A stretch of DNA of 64,000 bases from Chrysomallon squamiferum (taxonomy: Eukaryota > Animalia > Mollusca): positions 4,650,001 to 4,714,000 of the forward strand of contig CM022677.1 of assembly GCA_012295275.1 (NCBI GenBank), given 5' to 3'. Shown piece after piece: positions 25,600-40,676 of this stretch. The notes beneath the pieces were generated by a model, which saw nothing but the letters and a program-made list of their open reading frames with translations, did no database searches and was not told where the DNA came from. The position numbers and the translations under genes were made by a program. How positions within the stretch are numbered: position 1 is the stretch's first letter; the number at the start of each line of letters is the position of its first letter.

Positions 25600-25994
25600 G
25601 TTATTAAAGGTCCAGTTGACCATTTCACTGATATCAGAAACTGAATGATTAAAACTGTACAAGAAAGTTATTACACAATTACACAAACATTTAATGGTGT
25701 GCTCTAGGGCTGGTTGGAGGATGGCCCAACCCACCCCGGCCCGACCTTCCCCAGAGAGTCTGCTTTGTGTTTTCAACTTGCTGACCAGCATCTGCCAGCT
25801 CGTTCAGATGTGATCGTATTTCGAAGCGTTTTCTTAATTCTACATCACAAAGATTACCTTTGAAAGTAATTAACCTTTAGCTATTTGTAAGAAGTCGAAT
25901 ATTCCAAAACACAAAGCTTACAATGTCAAATCAGAGAACATCTCTTGGTAGTTTGAAAAGCAAAATAGCGCCATCATATCAGATCTGGCTCATC

Positions 25995-26183
25995 CAGTGG
26001 CGTGTAGAGGTCTGGCGATACCTGGGGCCAGCTCCTCCACTGTATGCACCAAAGACTCATGTATAAGGCTCAGCACAGAGAAAGGAAAATATTTTGAATA
26101 TATTATTCGATCTGAATGTAAATTAACTAAATTTATTACGTTCTTTCCTCTGATTGGATGCCCCCCGTATCTGCACATCGCTG
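25995..26183. mobile_element. 189 bp hAT-type MITE
   Basis: Imperfect TIRs CAGTGGCGTGTAGA / TCTGCACATCGCTG flanked by an 8-bp TSD GGCTCATC / GGCTAATC. Confidence 0.75.
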
Positions 26184-27675
26184 GGCTAATCCAAAACAAT
26201 AAGTGAATAATATATATATATATTTTTTTTCTTTTAAATGGTAAAAAACAAATTGCTACAATGTTAATTGTAAGGTGGCCTAACCTGTCACATGGTTCAA
26301 CCTGCCCCGGTCACCCTTATGGCTGTTGCACTGTATTCAATACCGATAATATGATCAGTTGATTACAACCAAAAAAATCAGAATTCAGGTCACATAGCAT
26401 ACACATTATTGTCAGAATACGATGGTGAAGTGAACTGTATTTTTTCGCTGCAGGTGAGTTGAACTCTGTCATTTGGCCCCACCACTAGTCAACCTACAGG
26501 TCTTTTCATTCTGAATAAAATTCAGTTTGAACTTATAAAAATCGGACTACAATTAGGCATTTTATTGTACTGAAAGAAAATGGACAAAAAAATACCGTCC
26601 AAATTTGGGGTTTAAGACCAGTATTTCTGAGCTGCTAGCTCATATCTAAGGAAGGAATTTATCTGGAAAAAAATAAACAGCATCTCTATGTCAAGTGCTT
26701 CAAAACTGTTGGAAAAATTATTTTTTTGTGTGTGTGTGTGTGACTTTCTTGTTAAAAGAAAAAAAAAAGATTTGTAATATACGAAAGAAATGAGTTATTG
26801 TTCCAAGATTTAAATCTTTGGGTGCCTGTGAGTGTCAACTTTGATCAATGAAACTGACTGAGAGTCATGTATGTTTTACTTCCCTTTGCTGGTCAGCTCA
26901 GTAACTAACTCACTGGAAGTCGTACTTTGTTAATATTAATAGGAACATTTTATCTTTATAGATATATATACAAGGTTTTCCTGTGACGTTTCATAAGGTC
27001 CGATGTTCAGTCAGTGGAGTGTCAATCTCCAGCACTCTTTTCAACACCTAAATCCTGAGATTAAATTTGGTTCTTTTGAAAAAGAAAGCAAATGTTCTGT
27101 AATGTTCTGTGTAAATAGGAAGACCACATGTTCAGCATTATGAAGCTGATCAGCAGGCGATGTTACAGGATCTATCAAATCTATGGGAGCTTCTGTTGTA
27201 CTAATGCAGGAATGATTGAACAAGCTAAATCATTTCTGTTGACATGTAATAAATAATTTTAATAATGGAATCAAAAACGATTTATCAAAATACTGTATTA
27301 TATATTGTATCACTGTAAAGAAAAACAAATAATAGAAAAAATCAAATTAAATTAATACAAAGATAAAAAATTAATAAATAAATAAAATACTTGAAACTTT
27401 TAAGAAACAAAATAAATTAAAATAAAATAAAATAAAATAAAATAATTTATATATTTATTTTTGTTTTTGATTTGATTTTGCTTTGTTTTTGTTTATTTTT
27501 ATTTTTTCTTATTATTTAAATGTAGTCTTTGTAAATACACAAATGCAGAGGTAATACAAGAAGTAGTTAAAATAGTAGTAGAGGAAGTAGTAACAGTAAT
27601 AGCAGAAGTAGCACAGAGATAAACATATATTTAATATATTTGTTGTAATACTACTAATAATAATAAACTCAGGAA

Positions 27676-27713
<38 letters not shown>

Positions 27714-28192
27714 ATAATAATAATAATAATAATAATAATAGTAAAGTCAAGAATAATCAAATGAATAATAATTATTATGGAAGTAAACATAAAAAATGTA
27801 CTGATAGCAATTGCAACATAGTTGTATTGGTAAATTACATATCATGTTATTTATTTTGGGGGTTACATTTATATTATGCATATATGAACATGTAACCTAA
27901 ATGTATGTGTGTATGTGTTTCTATCCGCAAGTTTATTGACATGAATGCACATTCAATTATTTATTGTTTTTATTAAATTAATTTGTTTATTAACTTTAAT
28001 AAAATATAACCATTCTTTATAGTAAATGATATTTAAAAATAGCTAGTTTTCCTGTTAAAATACAATATTTAAATTTATAGTATCTCAGTTTTCAATTTAA
28101 ATATTTTTTATATTGATGGAAGCTCGCATAACACAAAATGTTAGAATTTATTATTTTAAAATTAGAGTTATGTGCTCTTGTTTGCTTCACAG

Positions 28193-28352
28193 GTAAACGA
28201 GGCTCTGAAGAGAGCTAATTTCCGTGTGCGCATGGATGTGGACAACATGGGTGGATCCACTCTTGAGGCAGTGGCAGAAGCTGTTGAGAAAGCTGATGTG
28301 ATTCTTATCTGTATGTCACGCAGCTACAAGGAAAGTCGTAACTGTCAAGCTG
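28193..28352 (+). pseudogene. Orphan TIR-domain (TIR_2/SARM-like class) exon, copy 1
   Basis: cag|VNEALKRANFRVRMDVDNMGGSTLEAVAEAVEKADVILICMSRSYKESRNCQA|gttag; open frame, but neighbouring TIR exons are not found. Confidence 0.8.
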
Positions 28353-28789
28353 GTTAGTAGTAGTCGTGCTTGTGCTGGTAATAGTAACAGTAGTAGTAGT
28401 AGTAGTAATGGTAGTGGGGTGGTAGTAGTAGTAGTAGTAGTGATATTACTAGTAGTAATCTTAGTGGTAGTAGTGGTAACTAGACCATTGTTTTCTGTTT
28501 AAAAGTTTCCTTTCTGTGAACCATTTCAGTATTGTGACCTTTTAAATTAGACTGATGTTTTATGTGTCCCTCTCTCTTCAGATTTTCTCAACTTTTTCTC
28601 TTCTGTTATCTTTTTGTCCGAGGTGCTTGATGTGATGGATATAACATCACATCGTCTATATTTATAGCTAATCTCAAAAATTATCTGTCTCATGATAACA
28701 GTAACAACAGTAGTGTGATAGTAGTAGTAGCAGTAATGGCTGTAGCGGTTGTAATGGTAGTAGTAGTATTAGTAATAGTAGAGGTAACT

Positions 28790-31750
28790 AATGGGACACA
28801 ACATCAATTCATCTTTATATACTTCTTTAAATTAGATTGGAGATTTCATCACCCACAGATGTATGTTTATGAAAAAGATTTTCTTTAGACCATTGTTTCT
28901 AGAATACATCTATCGTCTTTTTACATAATTATCCTTTGCTTAAAATAATCTCAGAGGAAATCTTCATGGCCAAGGCATATAATTTTTCTGACTGATGGCA
29001 TCCTTTTCCATACATGTCTATGGGGTGATTCACGGGGAGGATCACTGAATATTCTTTTCCAGGTATATTGCAAGCTCCACGTGAACATCATAAATAGCTA
29101 AACATATAACAGTAAAGTCTCTTATTACAATGCATTTTTGTTTTATCATAAAAGATCTCAAATAATCTACGTCCACTCGAGTGAATTGTGTTTCATTAGG
29201 CACCAGTCGATCAGTAGCAAGATTTGCTATTTTATTTTATTTTTATTTAACTCTGTATTTGTGAAATACACATTTGGAAACAAGTTGATTGACTAGTGTT
29301 CCTTCACATTCTGTACAAAGCGTGTGTCTTTTATGTACCAGGATTGTGGGTTTTCAGCATGACCCACAATGTTACGACAGTATAAATGATGACACATGAG
29401 AATCTTTAGGTAACAAATTTGTTTGCACAAAATTTAAGATGTCTTTAAATATTATCAACTAACCAGTTATCTTCTTGAGATCGTCCATGAAGAAAAAAAT
29501 AATTAACAAATCTATCCATAACTCCTGATAACTGATTTACCAAAGATACATTTACACTTCCAGATTATTAGAATAAATGTAACAAATTTCTTTCACTGTA
29601 TGACAAAATCAGTAGTTTTCCTTAGAAAGAGAGGCCGCTCAAACCAAAACTGTGCACGAAGGATGCTTCAGGTTTTATCCCAAATGAAACTACATGAGCA
29701 TCTGTCAGTTCCATTCCTGGAAAAGTCACTCGTTTTAAAACGGCAACTCTTGCTTTTGCCGTGAACAGTGAATGTCACCAGATTCAATCACTAAATGTAG
29801 ATAAGCTATAACATCATAAGAAAACGTGTAATTCAAAGGAAATGATCTTATCATCAAAGGAATAGATCTTTTTAAAATTTAAAAAAAAATGCAAATGTTT
29901 CTTTTGTCTTGACAAGTGAACAATGAATGCCACCATATTCAGTCACTAAATGTAGAGAAGCTATCACATCATATCCCTTACAACTAGCATAAGAAAATGT
30001 GTAATTCAAAGGAAATGACCTTGTCCAAAGATGTCTGTGTGTAAAATTCTCCGTCTCTGCTAGATATTTTACCCAGTGATGCCAATTCCCAAGATTATTA
30101 CCTGTAATCTCTTCATCCCAAATTATTATTACTATCATCTTTCGTTCATTCTGGAAGATCAAGTGTACTGATTGGCGAACCATCACATCCAACCGCTTCA
30201 ATTGTTCAGTTTAGTCAGCAGCAAGCATGTCAATTCTTTCCATGGAAGAGTGTAAATGCTCTTCGTTCACTTTGTAGTTGGAACCAAGGATAACAGTCCA
30301 CAACATCCAATCAGCATGTGTCTTAACAGGATGTGGACTGTTTTTTTGGCTCCAGTCTGTGTCTGGCACATTAAATACCTATCAGCAAGCCTATCTCTGG
30401 CCGTCTGTCTCTGGCAACTTCATACAGATAGGATCAACAAGAAATATCTTTGATCAAAACGAATGCAGTAACAGTCTCTTATCTTTTAAATACAGCTTAG
30501 GAAAACTCACATTTTCATAGTTAAGATTAAAAATCTCGTTTCCATTTGTAGATAATGTGGTCACAGTGCACAGTTCACCCACTGTATCCAGAGTAATTTT
30601 CATCCGTTTTATCAGAGGCACCAACTTTACTGATTACATATCTGATAAGGAAAAGAAACACTTGAACGTGGATCTAAGAATGTAGCATTTAAACCATTTC
30701 AACTTTAACAGGAATAATGGGCATAGTACATTCTCTGTCTCTGACCCTCATATACTGGTTAGACAACAAAACATGCACTGGTAACAATGTTTGGCCTTGA
30801 ATTTTCCTTTCTTTTAATGTCCACATGAACAAGTGTCTGATGTTTTCCTTGAGAAAATTGAACATTCAGTATGAGTTCTGCATGTTTTATACATATTTAA
30901 AACATCTAAAACATAAACCTTCAAAAATCCCGACTTGTTTTCAACTGTAAGTGCTGCAAATGTGTGGCGATCACAGAACATGTAACGAATCACACACACG
31001 TCATCTGATCACTGAGAACATGTAACGAATCACACACACGTCATCTGATCACTGAGAACATGTAACGAATCACACACACGTCATCTGATCACTGAGAACA
31101 TGTAACGAATCACACACACGTCATCTGATCACTGAGAACATGTAACGAATCACACACACGTCATCTCATCACTGTTGAGTTTTTTTTTTATTTATTTATT
31201 TATTTATTTTTGTTTGTTCGTTTCATTAATTTCTTAAACAATGCCTAGTTCTTTATGAACATCTTTACATTTAGATAAACTAATAGCAAGTGCATCTTTT
31301 ATTTTCAAAGATTGCATATGTTTGGAGTGTTCTTTTTTATCTTTGTACACTGCATCGTTTCCCAAAACTGGGTGGGCAGCTTTGTTGGTGTTTACAAAGT
31401 CATTTAGGTCATGGAATGTAATTCTGTGTTTTCATAGAGCTATACAATATCCCTGCACATGAAGGAAGAAAAGGCAACTTCATTGCCAACTTTTTCAAGT
31501 TGTCACGATATTCATACACTTACAAGACTGTAGAGTCTCTGCAGACTGTATTGTCAGAATATTAAGACAATCCCAAAGCCATCCGATAATGTTTTAACAG
31601 ACAATTGTTCAATTTTAACTCATCCTGTCGTCTTCATTGTGTGTGTTGTTAACCACTTTTGTTCAAAAGTTACTCATGAACTGTTGTTTGTAAGGCAGTT
31701 AATTATTTCTTGAATTTGTCTTTCTTAACTAAATTAATGCACAACTGACA
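28790..31750 (-). mobile_element. Highly decayed BEL/Pao LTR retrotransposon (gag-protease-RT-integrase remnants)
   Basis: Read from the mirrored copy: NLKKLAMKLPF and LNDFVNTNKAAHPVLG (gag); MPIIPVKV..FLDPRSSVSF, MKITLDTVG, EIGLLIG..NVPD (protease region); FTRVDVDYLRSFMIKQ..CLAIYDVHVELA, VWKRMPSVRK, F*KQWSKE (integrase). Order and motifs match BEL/Pao. Confidence 0.78.
30975..31172. repeat. 40 bp minisatellite (~5 units) inside the BEL relic
   Basis: Unit GAGAACATGTAACGAATCACACACACGTCATCTGATCACT. Confidence 0.95.
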
Positions 31751-34324
31751 TGTTTTTATAATTGTTGCTATGTAAACAAGTTTTCTTTCTTTCAACCATT
31801 TTAGCATTATCACCATTTAAATTAGAAGTACTAGTAGTAGCAGCTGCATCAGGAGTAACAGTAGTATGGTATTAGTGATACTCATAGTTACTTGTAGTTA
31901 TGGTAGTGATGATTATAGTATTAGAAGCAATACTAGAAGTAGTATTACTAGTAACAGAAGTAGTATTAGTATTAATAGTAGTAACAGAAGTAGATAAGTA
32001 ATAATTGTCGTAATGATGAGTAATAGTAAAAATAGTAAAATCAGTATGTATGCATACTACTTTTGCTAGTAATAGTTGTAGCAGTATTATTAGTAGTACT
32101 AATATTATTATCATCATCATCATCATTATCATTATTTTTTTTTAAATGAAGAGCAACTGAATGTGCAGTTTCACTGAAGAAAAATATTGTACCACTTCTG
32201 ACTGAGAGGCTACTGATCTCTGAAAGCTTGTAGTAGCAGTAGTGCTCAGTAGTAGTAGTAGTCGTAGTAACAGTAGTAATGATACTGGCTGTGGTAGTAA
32301 TAACAGTAGTAATTACTGTAATGTTTATTTATTTTTAAGAACTAGAAAAGTAATAGTGGTAGTAGAGTAACAACAACAACAACAGGTTTTAGGGATACAC
32401 TTATGACTTTTTAAATTTTGTTTTATTTATTTATTTACAATGAATAGAAGGTGAATATTCATTTGAACGAAAGAACGCTGTCATACCACTTCTGATGGAG
32501 GAAGATTACAAACCCCTGGTGGTTGGCTGGGAATTCTCGTAGGGACTAAAATGTTTTTGACTTCAGTGGCAGATATCCACTTCAGACAAAAATAGAGCAA
32601 CTAATAACGCAGCTTAGATGTGGAGTTAAAACTTGTTGATTTTCGTGGGAGCTTTTTTTAATTAGACAGTGGAATGATTAATTCGTTTTTTCTCTTTTAC
32701 ACAGACTCATTTATTATTATTTTTTTAAATAAGCGACTCAGAAATCTTTGTGTTTATCTGGCGCATGGACACCTAGCATGCTACTATTAATACGATACAT
32801 CTGCCTGTGATGATTTCTGCCGCTTTTGATAAATAGAACGAATTACAATATATAAAAGTCTCTATAAAAATCCTTTATACATAAATGAAAGTGTCATATA
32901 ATAATAATTGAATCATAAGCCTTTTAAATACATATATATATGAACGTTCTGCAATTTTTCATATTTTGGTTTATATTGAAAACATAAATATAATATCACT
33001 GAGACATTTATATTTAACGATTAGATTAACTCTTATCATAAAGACACAAACACTAGCACATGTAAATTAACAATTACACATAAATATAAAACATATGCAA
33101 TCATGTAAGTAGTGATGTCAGTAACACTTACCCCACAGAACCAGTGTCGCCACCTGAACAGAAATAACAAATAATTATGTCAGCTGCGTTTACTGAGAAA
33201 ATACTTTGTGTATCATGTTTATTTTTAAAATCTATTTCCATGTGAACACTAACACAGTTGAGTTACTGTTACTTAAAACTATGCGAAGACACTGAATTAA
33301 CTGTGCGCCAGCATATTCGATATGAATGAAAGTCCACAAATGAAACTGGGCAGTAAAATATAATTATTGTCCCATCTTTTTTATACATAATACTCTTAAC
33401 TGTTCTCTTTAGCAGATATATTAAAATGAAAGAAATAAGTCTATATTAATTATTGATCTCAGATATTCTATAGCACATCATGAATTATACTATTAACAAA
33501 TACAAACATGCTTACCTTGACTAACAGTAATTTAAGGTCCTACTATCAAGGGCCAGATTCCTTGCTTAAATTCTAGACAGCAACTGCCTTATGTGTCATG
33601 TGACATAACCATACAGTTCCCAGTGTTAATCAAAGTTCCCAATAGCAGTCACTCGTCTTGTCCTATCTTGCTAGCACTTGCTCCCTTCTGATTACTTTTA
33701 TGAAGTAAAAAACATTCAATACTGACCTTTATGGAATAGGAAACAATGATTATAACTTCTCTATTCTACGCAAAACATGTATATACATACATACACAGAC
33801 TTACACACACACATATACAGATATTGCATCATTTTAATTTAGTATGATGTTTTATTTATTTATTTATATTTTTGTTTTGTTTTTGTTATTATTTTTTAAC
33901 ATTTTACTTTATTATATATGTATATGTAATTTTTTTCCTAGGCTGCGCAAGAGACAAATCTGAAGCGCTTGGTAAGTATTTGAGCAGTGTATAATAGTAA
34001 TTGTGGTGGTTGTAGCAGTAGCAGTAAAAGACCAGAAAAATACTACTAGGAGTCGTCTGAGTCTATCTTGCTAGCACTTACTCCTAATTACTTTTGTGAA
34101 CTAATTATTTAAAAAATGCATTAAATACGGACGTTTATGGAATAGGAAACAATGATTATAACTTCTCTATTCTACACACACATAAATATGCACACATACA
34201 CTTAGGTACACACATTGTATCCTTTTAATTTAGTGTGATCATTTATTTATTTAATTTAATTTTGTTTTTGTTTCGTTTTTGTTATTATTTTTAAATATTT
34301 TAACTTATTTCATGTGTGTTTGTG

Positions 34325-34378
<54 letters not shown>

Positions 34379-34634
34379 TCATATATATTATTTTTTTTTT
34401 CTCTACACTGTGCAAGAGTTAATTTACTGGGAAGCATGGATACGAATTTGAAGCGCTCGATTTATTGGCAATATTTAATAAACACATTGGTAAATATTCA
34501 AGCAGATATCTCTAATTAATGCCCAGATGATAAACACTAAAAATGATAACATATATCTTTATTTACAAAACTATGTACAAGTGAGACCTTTCATGATATA
34601 CAATTATTTACATTTACATGAATACCTCCAAACC

Positions 34635-37140
34635 GTTTTATTGTTGGATAAAAAAACTGGACGCAGCTGAATAAAACTAATAACCCAGAACACACTGGAG
34701 ACATACTGACTGCACTCACAGTAGAGTTTGTGGCTTGTCAGTACCAACCTGGTGTGCATGGTTGGCTGCTTATACCTTCCTGGAAGTTTAATCAGAGTGG
34801 GCAAGAGCCAAGGTTCCCTAATTAAACCAGCCCACTCGGTAACCCATCTTCGGCCCGAAGATCAAGTTTATTTACATTACCTTACCTTCCCCCTCGCTAA
34901 TTCGTAGGTGGGCTGAACCACTCCCCTTGGGACCCGAATTCTTACGGCACCTGCCAGTGAATCCTTTGGTAATGAATGACCTGTTCCCCTACAGGTCAGT
35001 AGATGGAACCTCACCCTGGACCAGATGAACCTTAGCTCTGCAGCTGTCTCCGGGGGGTCCCGCCATCCACTCACCTCGTGGAAACACCTTGCCCCACCAA
35101 AAACCACCGCTTTCTGCATTCCTTCCAGGTACAGTGCATTTCCCGTGAATGACAAGTGAGAGTCCTGAGCAAATCGAGATCTCGCACTGCGGGGTGCCCA
35201 GTGACTGCTCCTCCCTCTGCTCGTGATCTGCTCGCTGTTCACTCTTGTCTACCTGCTTTGGCTGTTTAGCCTGTAAAGGCGAGGTAGCATAACTGACCAT
35301 ATGATCCTCATAGAGAGGGGAGCAGTGCTCTGAGTCGTAGGGCCGAGCAAATGATGCTCTGAATCAGCTCCCTGGACTTCGTCGTTACCATGTCATTCGA
35401 TCCCAGCTGTAAAATGACAGCATTAGGTGGGGGCTGGTGTTTCAACTTCTCTCAAATCAAACTGTCTAGCTGTGAAGACTACATTCCTCTGTTATCATAC
35501 CATTTTACATCGGTACCTGCCTGCTGCAAACCTAGGTTGCCGGTTCCTGGATTCCTGCCCAGTGGATAATGGAAGATCAGATTAAACTACACTTCACGCT
35601 TCCCTACAGTCAGCAATTGTATTATTTAAATGACATAAACAAATTACACCCGAATATACCTACCTACTGTAAGCCCCCGGTTGTCACCTGCCCCACTGTT
35701 TACTTGTATCCTCTGCTAAACTCTCGCTGCAGCTAATGCTGCTGCACCTATACTAAAGCTATATGATTTATAACACTGAACTTTTACTTTATAAACTGTA
35801 ATATACAACAGTGTTAAACTGGTACCTAGTTAATGACTTACCATTATAATGAGTAAGAAGCTGGGTTGAACCAGTCTCACATCATGACTGCAAACCTCGC
35901 ACTGGACTGACGTTTTCACTTGCGAAACTGTCTAGATAGAGTAGATAACCATTACCTCTTTGATCATTCTTCGATTCTCTTATAAGAAGTGTCAGTTGGT
36001 TCAGGTGTTTTTCTCCAGATCTAAACTTGAAGGTATCATCCTGTACCCCGATTGGTCTGTTCGAATTGTCCGCCTGTGTTCTGGCTGTTATTTCCCCCAC
36101 CCGTAAAAATGCAAAAAAGGCCAGTTTGAAAGCTGTTTCAAATAAATTGGCCTCGAACTGAGTTGAACAAATATTTGAAGATGCAGCCAAAAGTTTCTCC
36201 AAAATTGATAAATTGATAGGTCTAGTCCTGCAGGTCTCCTACATAGTCCTTCAAGGAGTTTTGAAATAACACTAAATGCCTTGTATGGTCCCCCTCCCCC
36301 TTAGATTTGTGCCAAATACTTATCCCACTAATATATGTTTTTACAGTAGATGGGGCTAATTGCTGTAATGACAAGAAAGCAATGAGCTGGACTAAGTGAT
36401 CTACAGGCATTAGCCATAGTGGAGGAAATCCAAATCGAAATGGAAATTTTTCCAGTTGTGTTTCAGCATTATGGCAAGTTCTGCATGTCTGACCTGCCAC
36501 TGAATTCTGTAGTCCCTGTCTGCCTCCACACTGCTTCTGACTCCAGCTTCCGAACTTTCCCAACTGACAACAAGAAATTGCATCTGCTATTAAATTCTGT
36601 CTGCCTGCAATGATTCTGGCCTTTATCCGAATTTTCTGTTTAAAGTTATTAAAACAAATTTCATCAGTGACATTACCATGGGACACTTTGATGTTTTCTT
36701 ATTGACTACAATTACTACTGCCTCACTGTCAATATGAAACACTTCCTTTTTGTTACTGAGCCTATTCCCCCAAACAGTTAAAGCAACTAAGACAGGAAAG
36801 AGATCGAGAAACGTGATATTTCTCAACAAACCAGAACTGCATCAGTCCTATGGCCAGGACTCATATGCCCAGTCCTCCTGGAAAAAGACCCCGAATCCCC
36901 TTCCCACCCCTTCTTGACTATAACATTCCAAGGAGTTACTGCTCGTCCAGAACATGTCGGGCATGACTGTAATCCCATTGCAGTGCTCTAGAAAATCTAA
37001 CCACAGGTTAAAGTCTCTCTTCATACTTTGTGTAACCCAGATGTTGTGATGTGGTTTAGTGACTCCTCTTGTTGCATCAATTATCCGTCTAATAAAAGCC
37101 CGGCCTGGTCGAACTACTTGGCAGGCAAAATTCAGGGAAT
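34635..37140 (-). mobile_element. 5'-truncated, degenerate Ngaro/DIRS-type tyrosine-recombinase retrotransposon (RT end/RNase H, YR, SGNH hydrolase)
   Basis: LNFACQVVRPGRAFIRRIID and NITFLDLFPVLVALTVWG..N.IADAIS (RT/RNase H); LAPSTVKTYISGIS, AFFAFLRVGEI, SKNDQ, YKSYSFSIGAA (YR with decayed HxxR); VILQLGSND, IIWSVMLPR, SHLSFTGNALYLE (SGNH). Confidence 0.88.
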
Positions 37141-38010
37141 AAGAAAGCAAATTTTCTGTGTAAATAAGAAGAGCACTTCTTCAGCATTGTGAAACTGATC
37201 AACAAGTTATCTTACAGGATCTTTCAAATCTTTGGGAGCTTCTGATGTACTAATGCTGGGCTGAATGAACAAGTTACATTTCTGTTGACCTCTAATAAAT
37301 AATTTTAATAATCAAATCAAAATATTTTATTATATATTGTATCACCGTAAAGACATGAAACAAAATATCAAACATTTTCGTACTTCAAAAAATATATATA
37401 TAGCTATACAGTTTTTCCCCTGAGACATATATATTTTTTTTTTCAGCCACAGTCAGGAAATGTAATGCTTGTGGATACTCAGATAATCCTCAAAATGTGA
37501 CAAAATGTTTCCGTTGTGGAAATGATATTGATGGAATCTACGTATGAATCGGAAATTAATGATTTATCGGCTAAATTAAAGATACATAATGGTAAGTTAT
37601 TCAAGTAGTGTATCATAGTAATTGTAGTTGTAGAAGTAGCAGTAAACGACCAGTATTTTATAAGTAATAGTAGTGGCAGTATTAGTAGCAGCAGTAGCAG
37701 TAGCAATAACTATTGTAATTAGTGATAATTATTGTACTAATGGTTCTAGCAATAGTAATAGAAGAAGTTAGAGTAATAATAGCAGCAGCACTGGTGGTAA
37801 TGGTATTAACAGGAAAAATACAAGAAGCAGCAAAAGTACAGCAAACATATATATTTTTGATTTTTAATTTTTTTATTCTTTTTGTTAATAATAACAACAA
37901 CAACAATAATCAAATTAATAATAAGTATGGAAGCTAATATAAAAAAGTACTAACAGTATTTGCAACATATTTCTATTAATAAATTACATGATTGTTAATG
38001 TTTATTCCAG

Positions 38011-38974
<964 letters not shown>

Positions 38975-39079
38975 GTTAGTTGAAGTGGTGACTGTGCTGG
39001 CAGTCGTAATAATAGTAGTAGGAGTAATTCTAGTGGGGTAGTAGTGGCAGCAGTAGTATTAGTAGTAGTAGAGGTAACA

Positions 39080-39476
39080 CATGGGACACAACATAAATTC
39101 ATCTTGATGTAATTCTTTAAATTAGATTGAACATTTCATCAGATATATATGTTTGTGAAAATTAAACCATTTTTGTCTCTCTTGTTGTGATATTCTCTAG
39201 AACATTGTTTCCAGAATAAATCTGCAAGATACTGATGTTATCTCCATTGTATTTTCCATAATTTTGCATTGCTTAAAATAATCCCAGAGGAAACCTTCAT
39301 GGTTGAGCCATATTCATTATTGTTGAAGTAATCATATAAAAAACTTCATGGTGGTATTCACAAGAAGGATTAAAAATCCACTGAATATTTTTTTTGCAGG
39401 CATCATGAATAGCCAAACATATAAATATATCAACAAAGTGTCTTACTACATTGCATCCTTGTTTTATCATAAAAGG
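39080..39476 (-). mobile_element. Second BEL/Pao integrase fragment (mirror 45229-45630, +)
   Basis: PFMIKQGCNVVRHFVDIFICLAIHDA, IQWIFNPS..HH, QYLADLFWKQCSREY. Confidence 0.75.
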
Positions 39477-39569
39477 TAGTCTTGTTGTTATTTAATATGC
39501 AGTAAAGAAAAACGCCAGAGACAGCTCAGAGGTGTGTGTATTATTACATAGTTCTCAACAGTTTTGTCC

Positions 39570-39614
<45 letters not shown>

Positions 39615-39799
39615 TGTGTGTATGCGTGTGTGAGTTTATACTCTGTGTGTGTGCGTAGAGGTGCACATATGTGTATGCATGAGTTTGTATATGTGTATGA
39701 ATAAGCGTATGCTAATGTAAATTGTTAGAGCCAAAAATAAATCTTCTTATTCTGTATATTTAAAAGAAAAAAGTAATCTAATCATAACATATGGGAATT

Positions 39800-40105
39800 G
39801 TCTCTAACAAATTCCGAGATATTTGTGCATATCTCACCCTAGTACTAGTGGTCTGAACAATTTACAAATGTGTTAGGGGTGGGATCACTCGGCAGATACG
39901 TCTTATCCTGAACATATTTTATATAACTGACATCGTTTAACACATCCACATAGACGAAATAATCATAAGAGCATGTCTTGTCAGTGATTAAACACAGTTC
40001 TGAGAGAGAAAAAGTATACTCAATAAATGCTGAACTATTTCTAAACAACTGATCCAAAATAACATTACTTTGAGTTACCTTAACATCTAAAAACAAAGAC
40101 AATAG
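39800..40105 (-). mobile_element. Possible Penelope-like retroelement remnant (mirror 44582-44890)
   Basis: FLDVKV, VLNDVSY..YLPSDPT and TNISEFV weakly recall PLE RT-associated motifs; order appears scrambled. Confidence 0.3.
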
Positions 40106-40471
40106 ATTGTCTGAGGGAACGCTTTACGGCAAAACCAGTTTTATTAAGTAAAAATTAGTAAAAAGTATCTTAAAGAGAATAGAAACATTAAGCAGGGCGG
40201 TAAAAAAACAAAAAAACAAAAAAAAAACGAAGAATTTTTTTTTATTTGCACTGAATCACAGATTTGTTTTTGTAATATACTATGACACAGAGGTTTCTTT
40301 TTAGATTGTCTTTCGTTCTGGAATTTTTTTTATGACGTTTGAGATCAAAATTGGATGGGTAATCTGTATCGACTTACTAAAAAAATTCTTCTAGCGTCTT
40401 TAAAAAAAAAGAAAAAAAAGACAAACCCCCTCAACAACAACAACAATAACAATAATAATAATAATAATAAT

Positions 40472-40506
<35 letters not shown>

Positions 40507-40529
40507 ATAATAATAACAACAACATCAAT

Positions 40530-40676
40530 CATTACGTGACATAAGGATTAAAATGGCGGCTTTCAAGTATTTTGTAACAGTGCTATTTTGCTGACATTCA
40601 TACTGTAAATGATTATACCTCCCCACAACACTGATATACTAATTTGAAAGAATAAACACCATTGTTTCAGGTACGT
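40530..40676 (+). promoter_or_regulatory. Candidate promoter and non-coding first exon facing the palindrome centre (mirror ~43295-43440)
   Basis: TTACGTGAC (bZIP/E-box-like), AAAATGGCGG (YY1-type TSS motif) at 40550-40559, donor-like CAG|GTACGT at 40671 and CAG|GTAAGA at 41059. Confidence 0.35.

Noticed and set aside
25700-25810. Short GC-rich island (mirror ~59060-59170)
   Set aside because: No tRNA or SINE boxes and no protein motif that I could support.
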